This document shows positions 36,341 to 48,620 of a DNA stretch of 64,000 bases, in pieces. This DNA comes from Eukaryota sp. TZLM1-RC (lineage: Eukaryota; Protista; Metamonada: BaSk clade): positions 3,328,550 to 3,392,549 of the forward strand of contig JAUPSS010000004.1 of assembly GCA_040285825.1 (NCBI GenBank). Direction: 5' to 3'. How positions within the stretch are numbered: the stretch's first letter is position 1; each line of letters opens with the position of its first letter. The notes under the pieces are model-generated. The model had not been told where the DNA came from. It saw only the letters and a program-made list of their open reading frames with translations, and did no database searches. The translations under genes were made by a program, and so were the position numbers.

Positions 36341-36791
36341 GTTGTTTTTTATAGTGTTTTTCAACACTTTTTGGGTAATAAATGTGATTTTCTGAATAAA
36401 AAGTTCTTTATTTTATCTTTCTTAAAGAACCAGAAACTGCAAATACTGAATCCTAGAATCGAAGTAACTGAGCTCTAGGAGTTAGTTAATGTATGCAAGA
36501 TCTGTAAATGAGGACACTTAATTTGCCATGTACGAGAAGCAAAACACTCAGAAGATGGTTAATTGACCAATATTTTATGGCTAACTTTTACATTCAAACA
36601 CAATGAAATGAAGGTCTTGGCAAGTAGAATTCTATCTATTGTCTTATAAATGATGAGAATGTTAGTCAACGATTCCAAATTAAATAATCAGTTTCAAACA
36701 AATTATAGAAAATTATAAGCTAATTTAAAACAACAAATAAATCAAATTTAAAATCTTTATTAGTGTTGAAAAACACCCCAAAAACAAAAAC

Positions 36792-37103
36792 CTAAACACC
36801 AAAACCATACAAAACACGTCCATGACGTTTCAAAGCATAGACAACATCCATGGCAGTAACAGTCTTCCTTCTGGCATGTTCACAATAAGTAACAGAGTCA
36901 CGGATCACGTTTTCGAGGAAAGTACGGAGAACAGTACGGGTTTCATCATAGATAAGTGCAGAGATACGCTTGACACCACCACGGCGAGCAAGACGACGAA
37001 TAGCAGGCTTGGTAATGCCTTGGATGTTTTCGCGAAGAACCTTTCTATGGCGCTTGGCACCACCTTTACCTAAACCTTTTCCACCTTTTCCACGGCCAGC
37101 CAT
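36792..37103 (-). CDS. H4: Histone H4
   Basis: Protein identical to 24279-24590; 3' hairpin at 36762-36777. Confidence 0.98.
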   Translation of the reverse strand: MAGRGKGGKGLGKGGAKRHRKVLRENIQGITKPAIRRLARRGGVKRISALIYDETRTVLRTFLENVIRDSVTYCEHARRKTVTAMDVVYALKRHGRVLYGFGV

Positions 37104-37224
37104 TGAGATCGATGAAGATAAGAATACAAGATTTGAAAGGAGTTTGGGAATTTGAGTTTTGATGCTGGAAATTGTCTTGCCAAGATTAATTGTTGTTTGT
37201 TAATGGTGATTGTTGGGTTTTAGG

Positions 37225-37845
37225 TAGAGATGGGCAAAACACTAAACTTAGGACTAAACTACGACCTAGTCTAGTCCGTAGTTCGTTCGTTTATACTTGG
37301 CAGCTGGAACTTGATTTGTCATTAAGATTAGCTTATTAGTTTTTATGTAGAACATGAATAAATTTATCTTGTTATTCAGCTTTAGTGTGGTTTGTTTAAA
37401 ACAAAATAACTATCTGTCATTATGTTGATTGTGTAGAAGATGTGACTAAGAATGTGTTTCTCTCTCACTTTCCTCTCAAGGAAATGGAGGGTTGATGTTG
37501 ATTGTAAAGAAGACGAACTAACACACAATTTATACATGGTTCATCCCTCTCCATATTTCTCCATATGGTTAATAAAGTTTTTGTCAACTGAGATATTGCA
37601 CAAGGTAGTCCGTAGTGCGTTGAATCGAATTAAAAACTAGTCTTTAGTCTGCTAAAACGAACTATGAACTAGTCCGTAGTGCGCTTGAACGAACTAAGGA
37701 CTAGAGATTAGTTCGTTTGTTTTTTGTCCGTTGATCGGCTAGTCTAGCCCGTAGTTTGTCCGTTTAGTCTACGAGTGGTCTAGTCCGTAGTTCGTTTGAA
37801 CGGACTATTTCGTGTTCCGATTAGTCCGGATGATGTCCATCACTA
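37225..37845. mobile_element. hAT-type MITE (621 bp) inserted in the H4 upstream region
   Basis: TIRs TAGAGATGGGCA / TGTCCATCACTA. 8-bp TSD gttttagg/ctttcagg matches the empty-site GTTTCAGG seen in the paralogous spacers. Subterminal TAGTCCGTAGT repeats. Confidence 0.8.
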
Positions 37846-38604
37846 CTTTCAGGGTTATTCAACTTCGCTGAAAATTATAACTAACAGATTAGAACTTTGA
37901 CCTCCGTCCCAGCCAAAAATACGCAAAGTGGCAAATTTGATCCTTTCAAGTTCATTTCAGCAAAGAATATCACTTAAACATGATACTGTGAAAGTTCTAT
38001 CCATTTTGTCCACAAAAATTATCACTATTATAATGTTGATATAATAATGATCATATCCCTGCTAAATCCAAACTTACCACATTGAATTATTTTATGAAGC
38101 AACTGTACGGTGTTGTGGCTTCATGAACTTATGGCTGATGACATTGGTGTTGTGTGATTATCAGCATGGACAAATCATTCCAACAGATATATAGCCCTCA
38201 AACTGTTCATATCACCACTGCCCTCCGACTGAACACTGCTTCCCTAAGTAACTGATGAGAATAGGTGAATCACCAGTGTTTGTTCTGCTTACTCTCAATG
38301 TACTCCGCCCATGAGTGGTGAACTTGAACTTTTTGATAGTATGTTTCAACCACAAGCTGAAGTTTTTGTAATTGAAAATAAGAATAAACCACTTGTAGGA
38401 TGATGATTGCGTGAATTTCAATGTTGGACAGTCTATTCTATGTGTGCTGAAGAGCATTGACATCTTCAATGGTACATATCTACTTATTCAAGCAGACGTT
38501 CAGGGTATTGTTTGAGAATTTTACCTATAAAAACAAGGAAAGTATTAACCATTGCAAAATGAAATCAAATGAAATCAAATAAAATTGGATTCAATCAAGG
38601 AAAA

Positions 38605-39055
38605 AATAATGCCATGTCTATTGACCCTTGTAATTCCTCTAACGAACATCTCATTAACTCGGATGTAAATAATCCTCTTCTTGCAGGCGAAAAATATAAG
38701 ATTGCTAAATATGCGAAACCCATTTCCTCGGTTAATGAAAATTCTCATGCCCAATATAATTTATGTCCATTTGTTTTTTCTTTGCTTGGATCTCTAGGTA
38801 AGGCTGCTATGGCTTTCCTCGAGGATTTTGTTGTAGTTGTAAAGGAAAGAACTGGAAGAATTTTCAATCGTGTTAACTGGCAAAACAGGATTGTATTTTC
38901 TATTTTTAAGGGAATGGTAAAACTAATTTCTGATTCACTATCTTCTTTTGGGAAATTTTCTGAATCTTTAGCAATTAATTGTTTTGATGTAGGGAAGGCA
39001 GGTTTTGAGGATGTGGAGTTTTAATTGTGAATTTAATATTTGTTGTTGAATAAAA
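38605..39055 (+). mobile_element. RLE 3' fragment of a third CRE-like family
   Basis: MSIDPCN...EKYKIAKY...YNLCPFVFSLLGSLG...WQNRIVFSIFK, homologous to 30447-30887. Confidence 0.7.
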
Positions 39056-39185
39056 ATTAGTAGGTTAAAAAAATCAAGGAAAAATGTTTAAAAATGGAGA
39101 GAAATTCTGGATGATAATAGACATAATTTATCAAAAAATCGTACAAAAAATAAATAAATAAAAAAATAAATATACAACAAAACTC

Positions 39186-40379
39186 TTATCTTTTAAGAAA
39201 GTAAAACTCTACAAAAGACTCGGGATCACTGGAGAGTGACTCGAAAGCGGCGATAAAATCAGAATCACCCAACTTAATTGCTGAAAAAAGCTGCCTTCTT
39301 TGCTCTTTCGTTATGAGTTTCAAAGTAAATAAATGCTGCACAAACCCTATATAATCTACAATATTATTACTCCTGGTAGACATTGTTGAGCAAGGTCTTA
39401 TGGAGAGGGAGCTACCTAATCGCCTTGGTGTGTGGAGTGAATATGCTGTGAATGGTCTTGATTGTCGACACGACGTGATGGGAGTCAATCCTAGACAATC
39501 AGAGCTAGTTTCCCGGTCATAAACCTTTGAGAAATCAGCAACTGATTTACTTATCATTCCAACTTTTTTGAAACAGATTCCACGAAGCTTTAAAACATCT
39601 TCGTCGCCAAAGTGTAAAAGCTTACTAAACAGACTACCATCATATGGAAGATCCAAAGCCATTGAAAAATACCGAATTGAATGGGAAAATTCTTCAAGGG
39701 AGGAGTAGCAGCAGCCTAAAAGGAACATGACCACTCTTTTAAAACAAGGAAAATTAGAATTTAACTTTAATTTAGGAACTTGACGAAGAAAAGATTCAGA
39801 AATTGCAAATGTCAAAATTGTGATCGCAACGCGCTCTAATTTGTAGCCCTCTAATAAGGTAAATGCTGATAAAATACATAGATTTAGGGGTAAATTCAGT
39901 GGATCTTCAAAGGTAGAAAAGTTAAAAGAAGCCAAGCAAAGTTGAAAAGAAGAAGGAGTTAAGGTGAGATCACTGAGAAAAGGGAGCACCTGGGTTAAAT
40001 GATGAAGAGAGCGCTCATAAGATTGTACGAGACAGTAATAGAAGGCCAGATGGGATTTGGTGTTGGGAGAGGAGGGACGAAGTTTATCAGCAGTTAGAAG
40101 ATCGTCCAGTGCATCTGAGAGCTTGTTGAGCATAATGAATAACTGAGATCGACATAACAAAGCCTTAACATAATGAGGGTTGATGTTGAGAGCTTCTGTG
40201 AGATGGTGCTCTGAGAGTTCATAATCTTGGACGTTGATAGCACAAATAGCACAGTTATAGTGAAGACTGGCAGAAACTTTAGTCGAACTTAATGATAATA
40301 CCTCAAGATAGAGGTTGAGAGCTAATGCATACTGGCCGTTATCAAAGTGTCCGTTTGCAAGAGGTAGTATTTGATCCAT
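39186..40379 (-). CDS. TPR-repeat protein
   Basis: ANGHFDNGQYALALNLY, HYNCAICAINVQDYELSEHHLTEAL, LRGICFKKVG...VADF. Confidence 0.8.
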   Translation of the reverse strand: MDQILPLANGHFDNGQYALALNLYLEVLSLSSTKVSASLHYNCAICAINVQDYELSEHHLTEALNINPHYVKALLCRSQLFIMLNKLSDALDDLLTADKLRPSSPNTKSHLAFYYCLVQSYERSLHHLTQVLPFLSDLTLTPSSFQLCLASFNFSTFEDPLNLPLNLCILSAFTLLEGYKLERVAITILTFAISESFLRQVPKLKLNSNFPCFKRVVMFLLGCCYSSLEEFSHSIRYFSMALDLPYDGSLFSKLLHFGDEDVLKLRGICFKKVGMISKSVADFSKVYDRETSSDCLGLTPITSCRQSRPFTAYSLHTPRRLGSSLSIRPCSTMSTRSNNIVDYIGFVQHLFTLKLITKEQRRQLFSAIKLGDSDFIAAFESLSSDPESFVEFYFLKR

Positions 40380-40422
40380 CACATTAAATAGAACAAGGAT
40401 AGCAATAATTAAGAATGAATTC

Positions 40423-40556
40423 TTTAATTCAAGAATAAGAGGAGCTTTAGCTAGACAGCAAGCAGATCAAGATTTTGTAGATGAAATCTTGGTTCAATGA
40501 TATTCGTCCCATTAGTTATGAATTAATTTAATTAAGTGTGCATGTTCAATAAATAT
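40423..40556 (+). mobile_element. Short 3' end of CRE-like family 1
   Basis: gctttagctagacagcaagcagatcaagattttgtag...ggttcaatga...attagttatg..ttaatttaattaagtgtgca. Confidence 0.8.
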
Positions 40557-40571
40557 ATAATTTAATTTTAT

Positions 40572-40847
40572 TTCGTTAATGAAGCTTTTACTTCAGCAAA
40601 ATGTCCTGTTTCTTCTGAAAAGGTTGCTACGTTTTTGAGATTAACAAGTTCCAGATTCTATAGAAGAGAAAAGACTCCTGGTACTACATGTCATGGTTTA
40701 TTAGCTTGTGATAGTGAGAGTTGCAAACTCAGTAACAAAGGCTCAACAAAGCTTTTCAATAGAAATATGCTGGCTTGTCTGAATATGTTTGCAATTGCTG
40801 AAGCCAGAATGAGTGGTAATGAAAGGCCTCAGTATCCGTATCAGTAG
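40572..40847 (+). pseudogene. Fanzor1 C-terminal fragment (locus C)
   Basis: FVNEAFTSAKCP...TCHGLLACDSESC...FNRNMLACLNM...GNERPQY: RuvC-II, Zn finger, RuvC-III with D>N, RP motif. Confidence 0.75.
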
Positions 40848-42518
40848 TAGATAGTTTTTGTAAATATTTTGCACGAAAATTGACCGTGTACTTATTGGAA
40901 ATTTCCCATTACTTATAGTATTCAAATATTAAAGCGAATATGGAAGCTCAGACTTATCTTGTTGAAAGATATCTGGTTAAATCCATAATTATAGATAAGA
41001 CAGTTGGTTGATGTGGTGTTTTCTAATAACCTTGGTTCTTGTCAATAAATACTATTTAAGTTAAGAAGCTGAAAACAGTGGAGAGATTTTATTTAGACAC
41101 TGATTTAACATTTTATTTACACACTTATTGAACATTTTGCTTTACAAACGTTTTCAACGACGTCTGCGTCGGCGTGTGCGTCCGTCTGACTTCTATTCCA
41201 ACAGACGTTTTTCGCCTCACTAGATCTTGCAAATCGCTCTTTAAAAATCACCTCTAGCAATAATCTATTTGTAATTGGAAACTTGTTATCAACCAACACT
41301 ACCATAGGAAATAGAACACAAAAATTATTGTGAAACAATCGCTATTGAACTACATTACTCTCAAAATTCATCAAATCCATCTCAATAAAAGTCAAAACTA
41401 ACATAAAAGAGTTTATAAAAAATAAAAAAATAAAAAATAAAAGAATTTTCAATAGGGTTTATTGCAATACTTGTTTGTTGAAAATACAAGCAGATCAGGA
41501 TTTTGTAGAGGAGATCTTGGTTGATCGAATTTAGTTCGATTAGTTCTGATTCAATTATACTAAGTGCTCCACAAAAAGCTATCCCTTACTCAATTACTTT
41601 TACAACTTCTAGTCTTTTCTCAAACATGATTTAATGTTGAATGATGGTGTCAACTACTCATCAAAATATGCAAAAACGGTTGCAAACCAAAGCTTGGGAC
41701 CTTTACAGTGTTCGAAATGAACTTTTATCCTAGAGTAAATGCAGACGTAAAAAGATACACTTGTTTATTTTGGAAGTTTTAAAACAATAAAATATGTGAA
41801 ATATTCTAAGCACCAAAAAGACAGAAATTGCTCAATTGGCTTCACTGGTTGCAATTAGAGAATTAATTCAATATTCTAATTATATGACAGCTCACTTTGA
41901 TCATACAGTAGAAATGGGTGATAATATTTCCAAGCAGTTTATCAACAAGTTGAATTAAAACAAGTTGTTCTCATTTAGAAATAAAATAAATTGATTAATA
42001 AATTTTTTTACCAGTTTGTTCATCATCAATTCACAATGGCCATTAGAGAGAGAGACGCTTGGTTAATGCAACCAAATTTTTGCAATTTTGTGACAAAAAA
42101 GTGATGTGCATAAATGCTCTGATTGTGCCTGGAAAAGGTACATATAGAGGTCAAACAAATAATGGTCAACGTCGGTGTGAAGATCATATCATATCAGCCA
42201 AAACCATGAAATAAACGAATAATAATCGAGAAGTTTATAGCTTTAAACAGTTTTCACTGGATGAGACTGCTCAGAAAAATACTTTCTTTTTGGTTTTGAA
42301 TATGAAAGAAATGTTTGAAGAAATTGTTAAAAATCATTCAAGTGGACAAAAAAGGGTCTGGTGAAATGAGTATTATCCAACGATTGATAGAAGTATGTTG
42401 CATATCTCTATGCAATACATACGATCTAAAAGACTGCATGGCCTTGAACTGTACACCTGACGTGAAGGCGGAGATTTGTATACATGTTCTAAAGGGGGAA
42501 AATGGGGCGGGGGAATAG

Positions 42519-45030
42519 TAGAACTATGCAAGTTCGGGTTTAGGTTTCAAACCAAACTTTATTTTCCAAAACCTGACTGAACCTAAACCTACTGAACCTA
42601 AACCTAGCTGAACCAAAACCTATTTTTATTCAAACCAAACCACACCTAAGTTTTAAGTTCAAACCAAATGAAAACCGAACTCGAAAGTCAATCCGTTCTT
42701 CTGTTAGCCTTGGAGATTTAATATTGTATTTATGTTATAGTTTATTTAGTTTGTCGAATAATTAATATTGCGCATTTGCGCTTAAATTGAGGGAAATACA
42801 TTATCCCTCATACTCACTATAAATCTCCTATGTTCCAAGAACATAGTCATACTCACCTACAGCCATGACTTCCCGCCAAAATGTCTGACGCTCACATCCA
42901 CTGTGTGATAACTTCGCCAATCTATTTCCCGAAGTCGGGGTTTTATCTGAAGCTACTGATGTTACAGCTACTTCACCCACATAATTTCCCTTTTCTTGTG
43001 GTAAAGTGTCAAAACATTGGATTTTTAAGTACTTTACTCAACTTGCAGACGGCCGTTTTCAGTGTAATGAAAGAGACTGTAAGATGAACCAGCACCCCTA
43101 CGGCAAAACCACTGACAACGGAACGATGGCTGTTCATTTGCACAAGCATCATTTGAGCACCCTTGTCAATAACGCAAAGGAACGAAATGAATTCTATGTT
43201 TCCGACAACCAGAAGCTCAGTTTCCAACGAAACGAGCAAGCTGAAATGGAGCAACTTAATTCTCACAAACAAGAAGAACTTTTGTCATATCTTGTTGAGT
43301 TTGCCATAGAATGTGATTTGCCCTTCTCCTTTTTTGAAAGACTTTCGCTTTTGAAACTTCTCAGGTTTGTCAACCCCAAAATCATCTCGTTGCCATGAAA
43401 ACACAAGGTTCAAAGAAGAATTCAAATGTGTTATTCCGCACTTAAAAACCAGCTGAAGAATCATCTTCACACTGTCCTGTCTACACCAAGTAATTAATCA
43501 CTTTAAATCTTTGGACTACTGCCTCTCAATCTCCATTCATCGTTGTAACAGCTCATTTTGTCAACACAGAATTCAATTATCAATCAGTATTATTAGTTCT
43601 CACTATGTTTCCAAATCTACATACAAAAGAAGTCATCAGCGATTATCTATTCAATTTGCTTGAAGAATTTTAGTTAACCAGAAACCTCCTTGGAATCTTT
43701 ACTGACAACGAAGCCAAGGTCGTGGTTGGTCTATAGTTGTTATGTAACCGTTTTGGAGATTTTGGAATAGTCAGAGCTCCAAGACGATTTTCTGCCCATT
43801 TTTCAAATTTAGCTGTCAAATACGGCCAAGGTACATGTCAGTCAGTCACCAATGAAGATCATGCCACGCTTCCCTTAATTTAAACCATCTTTAAGGTTCA
43901 TACATTTGTAAGATAGCTCCAAAAATCGTCAGCTTCAACAAAAAAGTTCAAGTTTCGTTATACTGTTCTCAAAGGAGAGTCATGCAACAACTCAATTTCA
44001 ATGGAAGTAGCAATTCGGTGGAATTCCATTTATTTGATGTTTCAGAGCTACTCCGATGTGATCAATGTAGTGAATGCTGTCCTTGATGACCAAAATTTAC
44101 ATGTTATTACACTAAATGAAGAGGAACGAGTCATTCTCTTCCATTTACTCAGTTTTTTGCTCCTTTCTACAAGGTAGTAACCAAACTTTCAGGTTTCAGT
44201 TATGTTACTGAAGGTATTTTGGTTTGTTATCTTTCGCAATTGATCCATTTCATCAAAAGGACCATTGCTTCAACCAACTTTGTTTGGTTGATGGCGTTGG
44301 CAAAAAATGCACCAAAAAATGAAGCAGTATGTTTTCTATACCCAGGACTTTGTCTCCTTTACCGCTGCTGTTCTAGACCCAAGGATCAAGTTGAATTTGC
44401 TTGCTCCTGAGATGAAGAAAGAAGAATATCATGAGCAGCGATTGGTTGAATTGAAGTTGACTGAATCAACAATCATGACCCTCATTGGACGCGTGACTTG
44501 CTTTCTGTTGAAGCAGAACTGCGAGCACATCCAAAACAAAACGCTTTTAGACTTTCTGCTGCCGGAGAACCAGTAAAAAGCGAAGCGCTCTACCAAGAAG
44601 TTTTGGAGTTTATCGAAACAAAAAAAGCTGCTCTGAGAAAGGTCTCAAGAAAAAAGGTGATTTCGAAAGCAAAACGTTTAGCTTCAGAGATGAGTATTCC
44701 ATTACTCTGTTCGTCAGGCTGGTTGCACAAGTTTTAGACCGACACTATTTGTCCCTAAAAAGGATAACAACAATTACTAACTTATCTTTTGAGGAAACAT
44801 GTATGAAGAAACGGGGCTTTTAATAGAGCTTGGGGCTTTATTAGAAAACTGATAGTATATGTCTTCATCTAAAAATACCAAAAATTCACAGCAGTAGGAG
44901 GTTTATCAGGTTTGAATCCAAACCCGTTGGTTCCAAACCTAACAAAACCCAAACCTGAAAAACGAAGAATCAGGCTGAACCCAAACTTAATGATTGAAAA
45001 CCAAACCAAACCTGAACATGCACAGTCCTA
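42519..45030 (+). mobile_element. Degenerate hAT transposon 1
   Basis: TIRs TAGAACTATGCAAGTTCGGGTTT vs TAGGACTGTGCATGTTCAGGTTT (reverse complement); AAACC subterminal repeats; BED finger W.YF..C..C..H..H, DLPFSFFE, IRWNSIY, AVLDPRIK; TSD degenerate. Confidence 0.82.
44495..44790 (+). mobile_element. pogo/Tigger CENP-B-type HTH transposase fragment nested in hAT 1
   Basis: FRLSAAGEP...EVLEFI...VSRKKVISKAK...CSSGWLHKF followed by RHYLSLKRITT in a shifted frame. Confidence 0.6.
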
Positions 45031-45189
45031 GAAAATTGCTTGGGAAAAGGGATATTTAAAAGCCTTTTTGAAAACCAATCTGGAAGCTCAGAAGGCAATC
45101 AAATATCCCAATTTGGTCAAACGGAGTAAATGTAAGACAAAATTAACCTTTGATCAATTGGCTCAAGATGAATGCGAAGCAACAGTAAC

Positions 45190-47450
45190 TAGGCCCCGAC
45201 ATCATATTCAGTGAGTATACTAAACTTACACTAAACTCTAGTCTGAGTCGAGTCGAAGTCCATTTCTTAGAGTCTGAGTTTAGTCGAACTCATACACAAT
45301 AAAGATTGAGTCCAGTCTGAGTTTGATAGACTAACATTTTCCAGTATACAATTAATTTCTTCATCACAATAAACTTTCTTTTCTTCAATTATTCCCTTGA
45401 TGTCAGTAAACATAACACATTTTTCGAAAAGGAGCCGGCAAGTTGAAGACATTGTCAATTTAAGCGACTCTGAGCTCCCTGTTGTCCTTTCTCCACTTTC
45501 CAGATATAAACGTTGGGACAGATATCGTTTTTTCCCTGAAAAAAACGGAAAACGGCACTTTTTTCTGTTTTCAAAGGTCGACAACTTTCTCACTAACAAC
45601 ATCTCAAACCGTTCTGAAGCGTCATCTTCACAAGGAGCATGTCAATTGGATGATTTCTGTGAGAGAACAGCAGCCTGCGTTGCAACTTTTCCCTTATACC
45701 CCTCTCCCTGCCATTACACTATCTTCCTCAGAAACTGAAACTGGTCGTAGACTTCTATTGAAAACATTCATTATTTCTGGTGCTCCGTATTCCTTAGCCG
45801 ATAACACACATTTTCAGGACTTATTGAAGTTCTATAATGTCAACGCAGTTTTGCTTTCTTTTTCGACTGTTTCTCGCTCTATTCGTGACGCTTACAACAA
45901 GTTATGTCCAACGAACCTCCAGAGTTTAAGCCACAATATATACGCATACTCTTTAATCATCGACCTGTGGACTTCAAGAGCAAAACGACCCTATCTAAGA
46001 ATTACCGTTCACTACGTAAATTCTGACAAGGCGTTGTCTTCTCTTGCACTGGACATCAAGAAAATCCCATATCCTCTTACGGCAGAAGCCATTGCTGTTT
46101 TGCTAAAAGATGTAACCAATGAGTGGAGCAATCAGAAGCTGGTTGCCATTACCTTTGATGAAGAAGCCGAAAAGGCTGAAACTGCTGATTTAATTTCGAT
46201 AGCAACTGACAATGGTGCTAACATAAAGAGGCAATACAAATCTTTGCTGAACACGGTACACACTTATATCACAAAAAAATGTATGGCGCATGTCTTGAAT
46301 TTAGTGGTGAAAAGCGGTCTGAAGGTCCTCAATGAACAGCTTTTGAAAAATCACAACTTTGTGAAAAAGTGTCATGTTTCAAGCAAGATGTACCAGCTCC
46401 TTTTGCAAGAACTTTTAGAACAAGGTTTCAAAAACAAAACTATTCCGATGGATACTTCCATTCGGTAAAACAGTACCTACTTAATGGTCAAAATCTACAT
46501 GACAATCAAGGATTCTGTCAACAGACTGTTAGTAGAAGAACAAATGACTACATTTATACTGTCAGATTACGAACAAAGGAAAATTGATGCTATTTTGGCT
46601 CTCCTTGCCCCATTTTATGAGTGTACTGTGTATTGTTCAGCAGCATCACACCCAACCTGTGGGTTAGTTTTTTTTGCTAATAGATGGATTGTATGAACAT
46701 CTTTACTCCTTCCAAAACGATTCTTTCCTTATTCAGGAAGCTGCTGCATTGATGTTGGGAACACTTCAGAAGTATCTACCCAATTAGTACAATTTCCCTG
46801 CTTTTGTTTCAGCTAACCTTGATCCTCGTGTGCGGCGATTTGAAGGGCTGCATTTGAGTTTTCCCGCGGAGTTCGTTTTACGTCTTCGGACCCTGATTGA
46901 CTCAAGGAATATTGAAATTCAGATTGAAAAAATATTGAAGTACCAGCATGGTCAAGAGGTACACGACAGCATAGTTTTTTGGAGAATTTTTTGAGAAGAA
47001 CAAACTCGAACACTGATGAATTGTCAAAATACCTCTCAGAAGCTCCACTAGACCTTGGTGTGAATCCTTTATTGTGGTAGAAGGACAACAAGCACCGTTT
47101 TCCAATTCTTTCGCAAATTGTAGTGGATTTCTCAGCTATTCAGCCAATGTCTGTGCCATGTGAGCGGCTTTTTTCTCCAGCAGGGGATATTGTTTTTGAA
47201 AAACGCTGTGGATTAGCGGACGATTCTGTTCCTGCTGTTCTTGGTTTGAAGTCATGGCTTGAAAATGAATTTGATTTCATTTGATAGATATAAATTTGGG
47301 TTTTTGTTGTTGTTAAAAGGTAAAATGAAACAATAGTATATATTGAGAACAGTTATATAGTTGGAGTTCGACTCATGCTCGAGTCGAGTCTGAGTGCGAC
47401 TTCGAATTGTTGAGTCAAGTCTGAGTATGTTCGTCAAATGCTGTGGCCTA
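45190..47450 (+). mobile_element. hAT transposon 2 with disrupted transposase
   Basis: Perfect 8-bp TSD ACAGTAAC (45182-45189, 47451-47458); TIRs TAGGCCCCGACAT / TAGGCCACAGCAT; LIIDLWTS, ATDNGANI, CMAHVLNL, SVPCERLFS dimerization motif; GAGTC repeats. Confidence 0.92.
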
Positions 47451-48199
47451 ACAGTAACAGTCGATTATCGTAAAAGAATCCTTTTTTAGTTTCTGCAAGA
47501 GATTCATTCAATAGAATCAGTAGAAGCTTCACTTTTAAAAACAATATGTCGCATTGTTGCTATTGAGCAAAATAAGAATCATAAAGTTTATGCATTGATC
47601 CAAAGTTTATGGAAAACAATAGATAAGAATTGGAGAAAAGAAGGAAGAAAGATATGGTTTTAAAATAACCATCACTAGAATCATTTATAATAATTTCTAA
47701 TAAATAGGAAAATGATAAGGGTCTTCAACTCCGAGCAGATGCGTTGATGGGTCATGAAGTTAAAAAATAGTCTTAATAGTCTTAATAGTTAGTATAAAAT
47801 TCTAATTATTTTATATTAATAAAAATGAATTTATACATCAATATTTTACAACACTGATCATAAATCACATTCAAAATTGAAAAAACAACTTAATTGGGGA
47901 TAGAATGACATTAATAAGCAGAACAGGTGCTTAGATTGACTAAGATAATAAGATGACAACTGGGAATTGAAAATCCTGAATTCACAACAACTCGGGAAAT
48001 GTAACAGCAGCTCTTAACAAGAAACCCAATTTCAGTATAAAAACATCGCATTTTTGTATTTTTCCAGACTATTTGCATCAATCTTTGCATTCATATTTCA
48101 CAACTTAAGCGAATCAAAAAACACAATGAAGTGTTTGAAGAAAGACATGTTCAAATATCTCTAATGCTTTCAATTGTTAAAGCAAAAATCACTTGTCTA

Positions 48200-48620
48200 A
48201 TAATTTGCAAAAAGAACCCCCACACCTACATATGTCATGAATTTATCATCAATTTTCACATTGGCAAAGTGTCTCTTCATTTATTTCAGAAACCACTTAG
48301 TTGCGGTTTGTACGAATTGTCAAGAATGCTCATTACCATCTTTGGTTTTACCATACCAATTAATGTCTTCCTGTTATTGGCTAGTCTCTGTTGGTCAAAG
48401 GAATGAACCTTTTTTGTTTTCTTGAAAAATAATTGTTGGTTAGGGTTTAGCTTTTTTACATCGTCTCAAAAGTACATGCACCGATGTATTTTGAAGACAT
48501 GCGTTGTCCCCAATTGCCACCAAAGTTCCAGGGTTTGTTCCCTATAATCAACAGGCTTTGGAATATTTTGAAAAATTAAATCCTAACCAACAATTACTAC
48601 TAACCCTTTTTAAGTTTTTT
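48200..48620 (-). pseudogene. Degraded Fanzor remnant (locus E), same family as locus A
   Basis: Manual translation across frameshifts: SSNCWLGFNFSKY; NYFSRKQKRFIPL; QRLANNRKTLI/WYGKTKDGNEHS*QFVQTATKWFLK*MKRHFANVKIDDKFMT. This aligns with locus A SPNCYFVRNLYKY...DFFIRKEQKRIIGL...LMANRRETIIWLGSGGDGPSRQSVKTPRERFSKEIQKHFTYVKPNGDEFYT. Confidence 0.6.

Larger units (their letters stand above)
42036..47662 (+). pseudogene. GIY-YIG-like endonuclease pseudogene interrupted by two hAT insertions (pieces 42036-42518, 45031-45189, 47459-47662)
   Basis: CINALIVPGKGTYRGQTNNGQRRCEDH and IEVCCISLCNTY...LNCT. The reading frame is continuous across the second hAT once the element and one TSD copy are removed. 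Confidence 0.5.

Noticed and set aside
37245-37830. Short TAGTCCGTAGT repeats as a CRISPR or satellite array
   Set aside because: Spacing is irregular and the repeats are confined to the subterminal regions of a TIR/TSD-bounded MITE.
37900-38560. Possible decayed transposase on the minus strand
   Set aside because: Only scattered Cys/His residues; no diagnostic motif.
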